Source: Lama guanicoe
Taxonomy: Eukaryota
Length of the DNA: 64,000 nucleotides
Assembly: GCA_013239625.1 (NCBI GenBank)
Contig: MU053561.1
Coordinates: 3,612,283-3,676,282 of the forward strand
Direction of reading: 5' to 3'
Every line of letters begins with the position of its first letter. Within the stretch, counting starts at the first letter, position 1. The position numbers and the translations under genes were made by a program. Of this stretch, positions 1 through 12,660 are shown one piece after another. The notes under the pieces are model-generated. The model saw nothing but the letters and a program-made list of their open reading frames with translations, did no database searches and was not told where the DNA came from.

Positions 1-1517
1 GCCCCTCCTGGAGAAGTCTGGCTCCGATCTGGCACTGTCCATGGTATTCCTCTTCACCAGCATGGGTGAGCCTGGCTCCTCAGCCTCCCCTGCTCACACC
101 CATCCTCACACTGCCCCAAGAACCATCTTCTAAAGTTGGCATGTCATTCCCTGCCTAGACATTTTTCTTGGCTCCTCAATGCCTATTTAAAAAAATAAAA
201 ACAAATAAACTCAAGTTCTTTCTCTGGGCACAGAAATCTATCACAATCTTGTCCAGACCCTCTACCGCATCTTCAGCCACTCTCCCTGAGGTTAAATGTT
301 CCTGCCAAGTTCAGATTTGCCCACTTCCCTGGACATGGTTGGTCCTTTATAATCCATGCCTTCGTACTTGCTTTCTCTCTGCCTAAAGTGCTCTCCTCCA
401 ATCTTATGTTTTGGCCCAGAAAATTTCAGTGGTTCCATTGTCACCCAACTCAAGTGTAAGCACTTGGCAAAACTTTCCTCAATTTCTATGGGCAGCGTGA
501 ACTGCTGAGTCCCAGGTACAAACACCTTCATGCCAGAACTGATCTGTTTCTCTGTGTTTGAGACCTAAGACTCTGGGGCTAGGGTCAGACTCTGGCTCCA
601 ACTTATTTTGAATGTGTGATGTTGAACATGTGACTGTATTCCCTTAAGCCTCCATTTTCAAATGTGTGGGATGGGACAATATATATATATATGCTTTCTC
701 AGATGCTGTGGTGAGTTTTCCATGGGATAAAGCAGAGCATTTCCAGAATAGGAAGTACATGGTAAGTGCTGGATAAACATGAATGATTATTATTAACTTT
801 GTATTTATAGTATGCATAAGAATTTGCATGGGAGCAGCTAAAAATAATAATACATTAATAATTCACTCATGTAGTCATGATTTGCGGTCTCTTCCAACTG
901 TAGTCATCTGCATGTGACACATTATTAACTCTACAAAAAGTCAGACAATAATAACCCCTGTCTTATAAGACAGAAAACATAGTAAGTCAACAGTCATCCA
1001 TGGAGTAAACCATGAACACATGCATCTAAGGTTATGTGCGGGTCTGAAAGCCCCGCTCCATTCCACGTGGGAGGCCTGGCCTCTGCCTCTTCTTTTTTCA
1101 TCTTGGTTTTTTTTCCCCATCACACTGGATGCTGTGAACCCTGGCTCTTCTATTAACTAGCTGTGGCCTTGAACAAATTCCTTGGTTCTGTGCCTCAATT
1201 GTCTCACCTAAAATGGGGGTAAAATGGTGAGTACTAGTAGTATACTACTAGGAGGATTGATTGAGTTAGTGCATGCAAAGCACTTAGAACATATCCGATG
1301 CGTCGTCAGATCCCAGTAGCACTGGTTGTATTGGTTCTTACAGCAGATAACTTTTTCAAAAGTCAAATTAAATAGTTAACTTATTTTTGAGGTAATGGAG
1401 ACAGAAATTGTGGAAATTTTCCGTTCAAATTTGCTAAGTATTTCCGGGTCAGGAGGGAGGTTTCTCATCTTCGTGCTGATCATTCCAAAAAGATATCAAG
1501 AAAGGGGAAGATTTCAC

Positions 1518-1970
1518 GATGCCATTTGCAGCAACATGGATGGATTTAGAGGTTATCATACTAAGTGAAGTAAATCAGACAAAGACAAATGTCATATGAT
1601 ACCACTTACATGTGGAATCTAAAAAATGATACAAATGAACTTATTTACAAAAATAGAAATAGACTCATAGGCATAGAAAACAAACTTATGATTACCAAAG
1701 GGGAAAGGTGGTGAGAAATGAATTTGAAATTTGGTACCAACAGATACATACTCCTACATACCAAATAAACAACAGGATCCTACTGCACAGGACAGGGAAC
1801 TATATTCAACATGTTACAGTAACATAATGGAAATGAATCTGAGAAAGAGCAGAAAGACATATACGTGTATAACTGAGTCACTTTGCTGTACACCAGAAAC
1901 TAACATGACATTGTACATCAACTATACTTCAATTCTAAGAAAAGAAAAGAAAAGAAAAGGAAAGGAAAGA
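1518..1970 (+). mobile_element. L1 3' end (artiodactyl-type), 5'-truncated, with an (AAAAG)n tail
   Basis: gccatttgcagcaacatggatgga...ctaagtgaagtaaatcagac...gctgtacaccagaaactaac...actatacttcaatt followed by an A-rich tail. Confidence 0.85.
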
Positions 1971-3429
1971 TTTCAGGAGCTTCTTGGATCACAGGAAAAG
2001 TGGTAATGTTGGTGGAGTTTGGAGAAGGGGAGGCTGTCCCTGGGGTCACCTGGGGTCAGGGAGGGAGAACTGAGAGGAAGAGGACCTTGGGGTTGGTCTG
2101 CTGGAGAGGCTCATGGGGGTCAGACTGACTTACGGGCAGGAGATGAAAGAAACATCCTCCAGAACGGACCCGGTGGTGCAATGCGTGGTGTGCTGATGAA
2201 AAACACTGAGGGCTGGGAGTCACTCCCTGAGCTGTGCTCAAGGGGCGGGGGGTGGGGGGAGCTGGGATGAGGGGAGAGGTTGCCTTAATTCAGGTGTGAG
2301 TCAATTGGGGCCTGTTGAGTAAAAATCAATCAGCAAGAACTTTCTGAACAATTAATTAAGAAAAAAAAGTCTTATGGATGATTTAAGAATATCTACCAAA
2401 GCTAAGGGGATAGTAAGCTGGATTCTAATGTACCGACATTTCATTTATACTCTTATCCACGCTTTCCCCTTTGAGTGATTTGAAACAAATCCCAAACATC
2501 GCACTATTTCAACCATAAATACATCAGTAAGTATCTCTAAAAGATAAACTTTTTTTTTAACAGAACTGAAATACCATTATCACAGTGAAACAAATTAACA
2601 TCATGAGCAGCAGCGGACACCTATATTTTTGAGGGGAATTTCACAGCTGGTCTAACTCATGTTTCCTGACTATCTTTTTCCTCCAGTCAGTTGGATTGTC
2701 TCTCTGGTAGTCGTCCTTCTATTTTAAAAATTCACCCCCTGTCCTCCTTTACGTTGGCACTTTCTTTACTCACATGTTGGATGTGAGCGCCCCCCTCGCC
2801 ACCCTCCCCCTGCCCCGTCATGGATGGACGTGCCTGAGAACTGGCCACTTCAGCACAGAAGGCCATTCCGCAGTCAAGGCGGCCCTGTGGGCTGTGCTGG
2901 GCTAGCTGGTGGTTGGCGACTAGCTAGCTCCAGCCCAGGGGGACAGGGAAGGGAGAAGGGGTCCCTAGAACACAGAACCCAACTTAACCAGATTTTAAAG
3001 ATTTAAAAACAGAGGATGGATTCTCTTAGCTGTTGTTCAGGAACTGGAGTGAGGAGGTGACATGGAGTAGAAAGCATTCTGGGGACTCAGGAGAGAGGAA
3101 CTGCCAGCCCTCCACCCCCCACCCCCCACCTGGGACAGCGGCACCTGTGAGGGCCTGAGGACCATTAACCTCAGTAACAAGTGCCCCAGCACGGTCCTTT
3201 CAGGTCACAAGTCTGTCACATTTGCCATTTCTGTGAGTCCCCTAGGCCTGGCACCAGGGTACGCCCAGCACTCCGAGGGGTTAAGTGACTCACCCACAGC
3301 CTCATACCCTCTCAGCAGGGCAGCCACCCAGCAGCCTTTGACACCAATCCCGAGCTCCGTCCACCCACAGACCTCACGCTGTCCACCCTGGTGTGCAGTT
3401 AGTAGCCTGGTGACTAATAACAGTATCAG

Positions 3430-3620
3430 CAAAAACAACTGCAAACACCAAGCGCTCACCCTGCGCTGGGAACTTTCCATTAACGCAATTCTCCTACAAC
3501 TCAGTGAGGTAGGAGCTCTCATTATTCCAAAATTACAGATGAAGACATTGAGGCACAGAGAGGTTAAGTAACTCGCCCAAGGTCACACAGCTAGTAAGGA
3601 CTTACATGGGAAAATGAAGC
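3430..3620 (-). mobile_element. MIR SINE (one of many, e.g. ~570-790, 1130-1320, 28460-28700, 47710-47950, 53440-53640, 60910-61060)
   Basis: MIR core ttacagatgaagacattgaggcacagagaggttaagtaactcgcccaaggtcacacagctagtaag. Confidence 0.8.
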
Positions 3621-4214
3621 GGAAGGGCAGTGAAACCCAAAAGCTTCCACTCTGAAAAAAGGAAAAGAGGGAAAAAACACAAAAGTATCCCTTTTATGGG
3701 GGAAAAAGGAAACCTACAGCAATTGGAAGAAAAAATATTCTCTTTTCAGCAGCCTGGACCCCGAACTAGACCTTGGCCTGGCCTCTTGGACTTGTCCTCT
3801 CCTGCTGAGAGACCTCTTATCACAAAGAAGAGGGACAGGTGACGAAGGCATCAATGTGGGGCATGGCTCTGTGTCTGGCTGTCGAGGGCTGGGGGCTTAT
3901 TCTGTGTGTCCAGACTCAGGAGGAGCCAGAAGGAGTCACTCTGGCAGGGCGACCCTGATGACACTTAGACTTCTGGAAATGTTCAGAAAGGTCTAGTGGT
4001 TAGTGCTCTTGTCCAATTCTAGAATAAATGGAAAAAGAAATGAGTGTTCTGGTGAGGGAGGCTGTGCGTGGGCACTAAAAACTTACACAAAGAAAATGAT
4101 TCAGAAGAAGGGAACATCTACTGTTGTCATGGCTGTGACAGACGCCAGGGGCCCAGGGCTGTCACACACACTCCTGCATATCTCACTCCCCTGTTTTTTG
4201 TTTGCTTGTTTTTG

Positions 4215-4360
4215 TTTTTTAACTGAAGTATGGTTGATTTACAATGTTGTGTTAGTTTCTGGAATGCAGCACAGTGATTCAGTTACACATATATATACAT
4301 TCTTTTTCATATTCCTTTTCATTATAGGTTATTACATGTGATTGAATACAGGACCCTTAT
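4215..4360 (-). mobile_element. Short L1 3'-UTR stub
   Basis: tgaagtatggttgatttacaatgttgtgttagtttctgg...cagcacagtgattcagtt is the reverse complement of the L1 3' terminus seen elsewhere in the window. Confidence 0.75.
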
Positions 4361-4559
4361 TCTTTATACTCTGTATCTAAACTTTGCTATCCTTACCCCA
4401 GAATGCCAGCCACTTTGTTTTATTATCCTGTGGTGTGAGTGGAAGGAGATACTACTTACTGCAATAGATAATGATTAATTTTTAAAAACTCTGAAACCCT
4501 AATTAAAGTTTTGGGTGATTTTTCGTAGTCTGCACTTCAAGAGGGCTTTGATGTTCCTG

Positions 4560-5420
4560 GTTTGTGGGCAGAATGCGGGAGTGGCAGCCCGGCTGCAGGC
4601 CGCCTGCTCCCCTCTGTGCCGCCGTCGTATTTGCATGTGGGCCCGGATTTGTCTTTGGCTTCTTGTATGGTTTGGGATGAGACCCTCTCGTCCCAGGGGA
4701 GGGGGGCAGGTGTTGCTCCAGTCGAGCGAATGGAACCAAATTACAGGCCCGTCTGTCACCTCCTCTGGGAGAAGGTGGAGGGAGGGAGGGGACGGGGCTG
4801 GGAGGGACTGGGGACGCGGCGCGGCCCGCCACCGCGGGCTCTTCACTGACCCGCCGCGCCCCGCGGCCACTTAGGCCGCGTCTACGTGGCGCCGGCCAAC
4901 ACTCACGCTGGAATTGGTTTTCAGCAAATTGACTGATATGTTTTCTGACGGCACTGACTGGGGGCTGTGTCTCTATTCCACCGAATCTCCTGAAAACAGA
5001 AACGGCCGGCGGACGCATTCCCTTAACCTTTGGTCTACACGCATGGCTTGCACGAGCGCGCGCTTACACGCGCACACACACTTTAACGAAGCCACACCGG
5101 TCTGCACGCGTACACACAGATGCACCGCCGTGGTTGTAGCCCTGGGTGGGCACAGTTACTGCACCTCTGCTGGGGTGGGGTGGGGGGAGGTTGATTCCAC
5201 CCTGGCACTGTCCCGCAGCTCCCGGAACGTCTGGAAGTTACTCTGAGGCCGCCAGATGTAAGCAGAGCAAATAGGAACGCTGTGCCGTCTGGGGCGGCCT
5301 CTAGAGACCGTCCTTCTCCTGAAGGCCCCAGAGGGGCGGAGCAGTGTTATTCTAAGCTGCTTGAGACGAATACATACAGATAACATGGGCCTTTTGTGGA
5401 ACACCGCGGACAGGAGTAGG
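4560..5420. promoter_or_regulatory. CpG island-like region with no adjacent coding exon
   Basis: Dense CpG/GC-rich sequence (e.g. gacgcggcgcggcccgccaccgcggg, ccgccgcgccccgcggcc, gagcgcgcgc) against a CpG-depleted background; not repeat-like. Confidence 0.75.
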
Positions 5421-8406
5421 AAGTTGCCATCATGTTGCTTCCTCTTGTAAACAGAGTGGTCCCAAGAATATGAGAGAGATGGAGGCGGAGGATCTTAGAC
5501 CAGATAGTGTTTCTAATAAGAAATGAGTTCTTGTCAAATTCTCCAGACTCGTGCGGAGAACGCAGTATTTCCCGTGTCTCCAGCTCTCTTCTCCCTGCCT
5601 CCGGGGTGGGAGAGGTTAAAGCCACTGTCAGCAACTACTAGCTCGTTCCATAGGAGAAGAACTGAGGCATGCAGCGATGATGTACTGCAGGCCCGAGAAG
5701 AGACATATTGCTTCCCCTTTTCTTCAACACAAAAATGATTGACAGGGATAATTCCCCGTGTGAGAGGAGGAAAGAATTGCCAGGGGATGATGGGCTGTGC
5801 TCAGAGAGTGGCTGGTGAGACTCTGTCCATCCGATGTCAAGTGATGACTGAAAAGTGAAAAATTAATTCCATTATCCAGCTGCTGTTGCTGTGGGCTGCC
5901 AAAATACCCAGATGTTTGCAAGCATCTGGGTATTTGACAGCAGGTTTGTACCACGTATCCAGATGCTTGCTATTGCGTAGACAAAGGCCAGACGTAGACA
6001 TGGAGAAGAAAAATGACTGTCTGGGAAGAGGGAAGCCAAGAGTTGGTTAAGAGGACAGTGAGAAGGAGGACTGAGAGATGATGGAGAAAGAAAAGGAGAA
6101 ATTAAAGAGGGGGAAAAAAAAACAGGTGAAAAGAGGTAAAACAGAATAGCAAGTCAATGTTCAAAAAGAGACCAACTTTCTATTACTTGATAGCACAGAG
6201 CCTGGCCTCACTCTCACCTGGTTCCCGGAGAAGCATCTCTGCTTGTCTGAGTCTGAGTGAGGGAAAAGGGGACAAGAGTGACCTGGCAGACACCCAGGAG
6301 GAGACTAGAGAAGCAGTCTGTGCCCAGACATTAGGTTTACCCAGAGTGGGTGGCTGTGTGTCTGCAAAGAGGCGAGATGACCAAGTGAAAAAGTGATTCG
6401 TGTATTGAGGGGGGAGTGGTTACCATACACAGGAATGAAAAGTTGAGATTCCAGTCAAGGATGCCCACGTCAAGCAAAGCACAGAAATGTCCCGATCCGT
6501 CAACTCAGTTTCCGGTGATCAGTCAGGATGATGAGCTTGGTATAGACAGAACCAGTGATGGTGTAACAGACGGAAAAGGGTAATTGGCTGGGGGAAGGTT
6601 GTGCAGTTTGGTGACAGATTTAGAGGAGGGGACATGATGTGATTGGGGTGATGGTGGGAGTAAGTGTAGGCTTTCAGAGCCGCTCACAAAGCCTCCTGTA
6701 ATTCCCAAGCTGTCTGTTATCTATGAAATGCAAATCAGGAGGGGAGTGACATCATGTCGGATTATGGCCACAGGGAGTAATTATTTAGACATTAAAGGCT
6801 ACTGAAGGGAGTGGTTGACAATATTAATGACGTCCAGATGGACAGAGTGTGATGCTAAAATTATTTTCTAGTACAAAGAACAGGAGAATTTTTATCAGCT
6901 TTTCTCTTCTATTGGATGGCCTGTATCTCCTGGAGGTTTGTCCCTCAAAGAGATGGTAACACTAAGAGATGGCCCCTGGAATCAAAGCACAACGAGGTTT
7001 GCAGGAGGGGCCACGGTCTCCAGCTCCTTGGAGGAAAGGCAAAACCAATATGTGGAACAGTCACATAATATTTATGATTATAAAAGGAGGAAATAATGTC
7101 AAGATGGGGTATGTAAAAGCTGCTGACTGGAAACCCTTCTCTCCTGACACTCGCCCCACCCCATCCTGCCTTTCTCACCCACATACAGCAGCTTGCAGGA
7201 ACTTGTTGTCTTCGTGGTTCTCTCCCCTCCTCCTCCCCCTGCAATGCAAACACTAATGGAAACCCCTTGGCCAGTAATATTGGTATCCACTGTATAACCA
7301 CAGGTCCCAGTCTGCTCAGCCATTGACAAATAGGAGGAGAAGTGCCCCCTGGCCACGCCCACAGTGTGAACATCCTGCGATCCAAATCGGGAAAGAATCA
7401 CAGGCAATGGCAAGTTAAAGAAAACTAGTTTCAAGAAGAAGATTTAAGAGGCAAAGCATTGCTGATCTGAACCGTGGATCTAACAACGCTGCCTGGGGTT
7501 CTGCTCTCTCCCCAGAGCGGGAGATTTGCGTGGGAACTCACCAGGGTTCCAAACCTGCTGCTCGTCGCTCTGACCCATGTCAGAGTGAATGGTGCAGCCA
7601 GAAGAAACCCGAATGTGTCTCCAATGTAGGTGGAGTTCCTGCATAAAGTTAAAGGGATGGGGGTGGGTGGGTGGTGGGCACAGGTGACACTTTAGCCTCT
7701 TACATTTGAAAGTGACTAATGGGTAGAGAAGAGGATTCCAAAAGTGAATAGGGAACTGCAAAGATGGCTTCACAGATCCCCCTTATCCCTGCTCTCCCAA
7801 GCTTATGGCTTACTACCAAGATGCAAGGCTCTTGGCAAGGTTCACTTATGTCGAGTGTGACTCCCCTAGTGACGAGCCTTCTAACGCCCCTGTAACCCCT
7901 TCTCCCAGCCTCCCTCAGAGCACCCATGCCACAGCACTGTCCTGGCCTGTTTCTTTTTCTGACTTCTTTCTGAGGTTATGAACTCCTTGAAGGCAGGCAC
8001 TCTGCCTTGTTGGCCATGGAATCATCAGCACCTGGGAGGTGCCTGGTCTATAACAAGCCCTCAGTATTTGAATAATGAACTGGAGGAATGTCATGGCAAA
8101 TTTTGCAAGCCATTCGAGAGGGTTTAACATGGAAACCTGACTGAGAGAAAGAAAAATGTTGATGAAATCATCAAATCCACTATTACGGAGAACATAATAA
8201 ATTCACTATTTTGGAGGACATATAAAGAACAACAGTGGAGAAGGCACCTAGTAATTACTAAGAGAAAATCGCTGGGAAGAGGATTAGAAATGAAATGTGT
8301 TACCCATGTGCCAGTGATATGAATTCAATTCAACAGACACTGAGTACCAATATGCCATTGTGCCTCATATTCAGTATGAGTAGTTGTAAAAGGAATACAC
8401 ACTTTT

Positions 8407-9028
8407 TTCTAATTCTTATTGAAGTACAGTCAATTTACAATGTTGCATTAATTTCAGGTGTACAGCATAGTGATTCAGTTATACATATGTATATTCCTTT
8501 TCATATTATTTTTCATTATAGGCTATTATAAGGTTTTGAATACAGTTCCTGTGCTATACAGGACCTTGCTATTTATCTATTTTATATATAGTAGTTAGTA
8601 TCTGCTAATCCTGAACTCCCAATTTATCCCTCTCCACCCTGTTTCCCTCCTGGTAACCATAAGTTTGCTTTCTATGTCTGTGAGTCTGTCTCTGTTTTGT
8701 AAATAAGTTCATTTATGTCCTTTTTTTAGATTTCATTTTCTTTCTCTTTCTGGCTTACTCCATTTAGTATGACAATCTCCAGGTCCACCCATGTTGCTGC
8801 AAATGGCATTATTTCATTCTTTTTTATGACTGCGTAGTATTCCGTTGTATGTATATACCACAGCTTCTTTATCCAATCATCTGCCAATGGACATTTAGGT
8901 TGCTTCTATGTCTTACCATGTGATTTAGCAATCCCACTCCTGGGCATATAACCTGAGGAAACTCTAATTCAAAAAGATACATGCACCCAATTGTTCATAA
9001 TAGCATTATTTACAATAGCCAAGACATG
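8407..9028 (-). mobile_element. 5'-inverted L1 insertion: minus-strand 3' part 8407-8914, plus-strand inverted segment 8912-9028
   Basis: Orientation switches at 8912-8914; flanked by an 18-bp TSD with 2 mismatches (8389-8406 / 9029-9046). Confidence 0.85.
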
Positions 9029-9161
9029 AAAGGAATATACAATTTTAAGACAAGGAGATAAATATTTTGCAGAAAGTGCATAAGACTTTGGTGTTTGGGG
9101 TTACATGCATGGAAAGTGCCAGTAGTTCACATGCAAAGCAGTACAGTATTATGGTTTAGAT

Positions 9162-9382
9162 CAAGGGTTGGCAATACTCATAATATGAAAATTATCTGAA
9201 ATTCAAGTTTCAGTGTATAGAACATAAATAAAATTTTATTGAAATACAACCACATCCATTTGTTGATTTATGACTGCCCTTGAGCTACAACAGCAGACTC
9301 AAGTAGTTACAGCAGAGACCTCATGGCCCAAAATATCTATAAGTTTCTATCTGACTCCTTGTAGAAAGTTTGCAAACTCTTG
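9162..9382. mobile_element. MER58-like hAT-Charlie DNA transposon inserted into a MIR
   Basis: Termini caagggttggcaa...tttgcaaactcttg; internal aaataaaattttattgaaatacaacc and gagctacaacagcag; 8-bp flanks gtttagat / ttttagag. Confidence 0.7.
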
Positions 9383-9569
9383 TTTTAGAGCAAGAGCTCT
9401 AAAATCAAAATGGCTGGTTTCACATCCCAGTACCAGCACTTCTTGGTAGCCACGAGACTTTGAGTTAAGTTACTTAACTTCTCTGTACCTTGGTTTTATC
9501 ATCTATAACAATACCTTCTTCAAGGGACTGTTGAAGGAGTAAAATGTTTAGAATGATGTTTAAAATGTA

Positions 9570-10475
9570 TCTAGAATATATAAAGAGCTTTCAAAACTCA
9601 ACAAGATAACATGCATGCCAATTAAAAACTGCAAAAGGTTTTAAACAGCCACTTCACCAAAGAAGAGATAAAGGAGAGGAATGGCATATAGCATATGTGG
9701 AGATGCTCAGTATCATTAACTGTTAGGGAAATGAAAATTAAATCCATGATGAGATATCAATGCACAACTATTAGAACAACTTTAAACACAAAAGAAAGAG
9801 CAAAAAACTTACAATACCAAGTGCTGGCAAGAATGTTGAACTCTTATACATAGCTAATGGAAATGTAAAATGGTACAGTCACTTATGAGAATAATTTGGC
9901 AGTCTCTTATAGGGCTAAACATACACTTACCATACACCCTAGCAATTCCACTCCTTGGTATTACACAAATGAAATGAAAGAATATGTTGTTCGCACAAGG
10001 ACATATACATGAATATATGCATATGCATCTATATTCATAATATCCCTAAAGTGGAAAGGTTCCAGATGTCCATCAACTGGTGAATGGATAAACAAATTAC
10101 AGTACATCCATACAGTGGAACACTATGCAGCAGTTAAAAAGAATAAACTATTGTTTCACGCATTAACATGAACAATTCTCAAAAACATTATGCTAAGAAG
10201 TCAGACACAATTGGCTACATACTGTATTAGCCCATACCTATGACATTTTAGAAAAGGCAAAAATATAGGGACCGAAATCAGGCCACTGGTTGCTGGGATT
10301 TGGGATAGGCATGGGGATTGACTGCAAAGAAGTGTGAGGATAATTTTGGGGGTGATGGAAATATTTTGCATCCTGATTGTGGAAGTTATATGACTGTATG
10401 TTTGTGAAATTTCAGGAAACTGTATATCTAGAGAGAGTAAATATTATTGAATGTAAATTATATCTCTAAATCCAA
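9570..10475 (+). mobile_element. Old L1M (L1MB/ME-like) ORF2 end and 3' UTR
   Basis: Diverged L1 hallmarks: cacttcaccaaagaagagata, agcaattccactccttggtatt, atgtccatcaactggtgaatggataaacaaa, ggggtgatggaaatattt. Confidence 0.75.
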
Positions 10476-10501
10476 CTTTTAAAAAATAGCTTCCTTCCTA
10501 C

Positions 10502-12660
10502 CCACAGCACCCAGACAAGCAAAAGAAAACAAAGGGCTCCATATTGGAAGGGAAGAGGTAAAATTGTCACTATATGCAGATGACATGATACTATACATAG
10601 AAAACCCTAAAGGCTCCACACAAAAACTACTAGAGCTGATAAATGAATTCAGCAAGGTAGCAGGATACAAGATTAACATACAGAAATCTCTTGCATTTCT
10701 TTACACTAACAATGGAATGTCAGAAAAGGAAAATTTAAAAAAAAATCCTTTGTTAAAATCACATCAAAAAACTAAAATACTTAGGAATAAAACTCACCAG
10801 GGAGGTGTAAGACTTATGGGCAGAGAACTATAAAACACTGATTAAGGAAATTAAACATGATTTAAAGAAATGGAAAAATATCCCATGCTCTTGGATTGGA
10901 AGAATTAATATAGTAAAATGGCCATAGTACCCAAAGCAAGCTACAGATTTTATGCAATCCCTATCAAATTTACCAGGACATTCTTCACAGAACTAGAACA
11001 ACTAATCCTAAAATTTATATGGACTCACAAAAGACCTAGAATTGCCAAAGCAATACTGAAGAAAAAGAACAAACCTGGAGGCATAACACTTCTAGACTTC
11101 AGACAATACAAAAGAGCTACAATCATCAAAACAGTGTGGTATTGGCACAAAAACAGACATATGAATCAATGGAACAGAATAGAGAGCCCAGAAATAAACC
11201 CACACACACCTACAGTCAATTGATCTGCAACAAAGGAGGCAAGAATATACAATGGAGAAAAGACAGTCTCTTCTGCAAGTGGTGTTTGGAAAGCTGGGCA
11301 GCCAAATGAAATCAATGAAATCAGAACACTCCCTCACACTATACACAAAAGTAAATTCAAAATGGCTTACAGACTTAAACATAAGATAAGACAACATAAG
11401 TCTCCTAGAAGAGAACACAGGCAAAACATTTTCTGACATAAATCTTAGCAATGTTCTCCTAAGTCAGTCTATGCAGGCAATAGAAATAAAAGCAAAAATA
11501 AACAAATGGGACCTAATTAAACTTAGAAGCTTTTGCACAGCAAAGGAAACCATAAGCAAAACAAATGACAACCTACGGAATGGGAGAAAATATTTGCAAA
11601 CGATGAGACTGATAAAGGCTTAATTTCCAGAATATATAAACAGCTCATATAAATTAATAATGAAAAAACAAAAAAAACCAATCCCAAAATGGGCAAAACA
11701 CCTAAACAAGCAATTCTCCAATGATGACACACAAACAGCCAACAGGCACATGAAAAAATGCTCAATATCACTAATTATCAGAGAAATGCAAATCAAAACT
11801 ACAATGAGATATCACCTCACACCAGTCAGAATGGCCATCATTCAAAAGTCCACAAATGATAAATGCTGGAGAGGGTGTGGAGAAAAGGGAACTTTCCTAC
11901 ACTGCTGGTGGGAATGTGATTTGGTGCAACCATTATGGAAAACAGTATGGAGAGTCCACAAAAAACTAAAAACAGACTTACCATATGATCCAGCAATCCC
12001 ACTTCTGGGTATATATCCCAAGGGAACTCTAATTAGACAAGATATGTGCACCCCAATGTTCACAGCAGCACTATATACAATAGCCAAGACATGGAAGCAA
12101 CCTAAATGTCCATCGACAGATGACTGGATAAAGAAGTTGTGGTATATGTATACAATGGAATACTACTGTCATAAAAAAGAATAAAATAGTGCCATTTGCA
12201 GCAACATGGATGGATCTAGAGATCATCATTCTAAGTGNNNNNNNNNNNNNNNNNNNNNNNNNNNNNNNNNNNNNNNNNNNNNNAAACCAAAAAAAAAATG
12301 GGGAAAAAGGACACTATGAACTCATCTACAAAACAGAAACAGACTTGCAGACATAGCAAATAATCTTAACGGTTTTTGGGGAAAGAGGGTGGGAAGGGAT
12401 AAATTTGTAAGTTTGAGGTTTGCAAATGTTAGCCACTATATATAAAAATAGATTAAAAAACAAATTTCTTCTGTATAGCACGAGCAACTATATTCAATAT
12501 CTTATAACAACCTTTAATGAAAAATAATATGAAAACAAAAATATGTATGTATATGCATGACTGGGACATTGTGCTGTACACCAGAAACTGATACATTGTA
12601 ACTGACTGTACTTCAAGAAAAAAAAATTAAATAGACCAAAAAAAGAAAAAAAAGAAAGAA
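10502..12660 (+). mobile_element. Younger L1, 5'-truncated: ORF2 RT to C-terminus (frameshifted) plus 3' UTR and A tail
   Basis: ORF fragments [15 protein letters not shown] (RT YADD), [26 protein letters not shown] and [19 protein letters not shown] (cysteine-rich domain); multiple stops and frameshifts. Confidence 0.95.
12238..12283. other. Assembly gap (46 N) inside the L1 3' region
   Basis: Run of N. Confidence 0.99.

Noticed and set aside
4499..5246. Several overlapping 95-171 aa ORFs in the CpG island, including the idea that this is NHLH2
   Set aside because: No bHLH or other recognisable domain; long ORFs are expected in GC-rich, stop-poor sequence.
10564..12184. ORFs with RT (YADD) and cysteine-rich motifs as a functional gene or retron-like system
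   Set aside because: Fragmented, frameshifted, 5'-truncated L1 ORF2; not an intact ORF.
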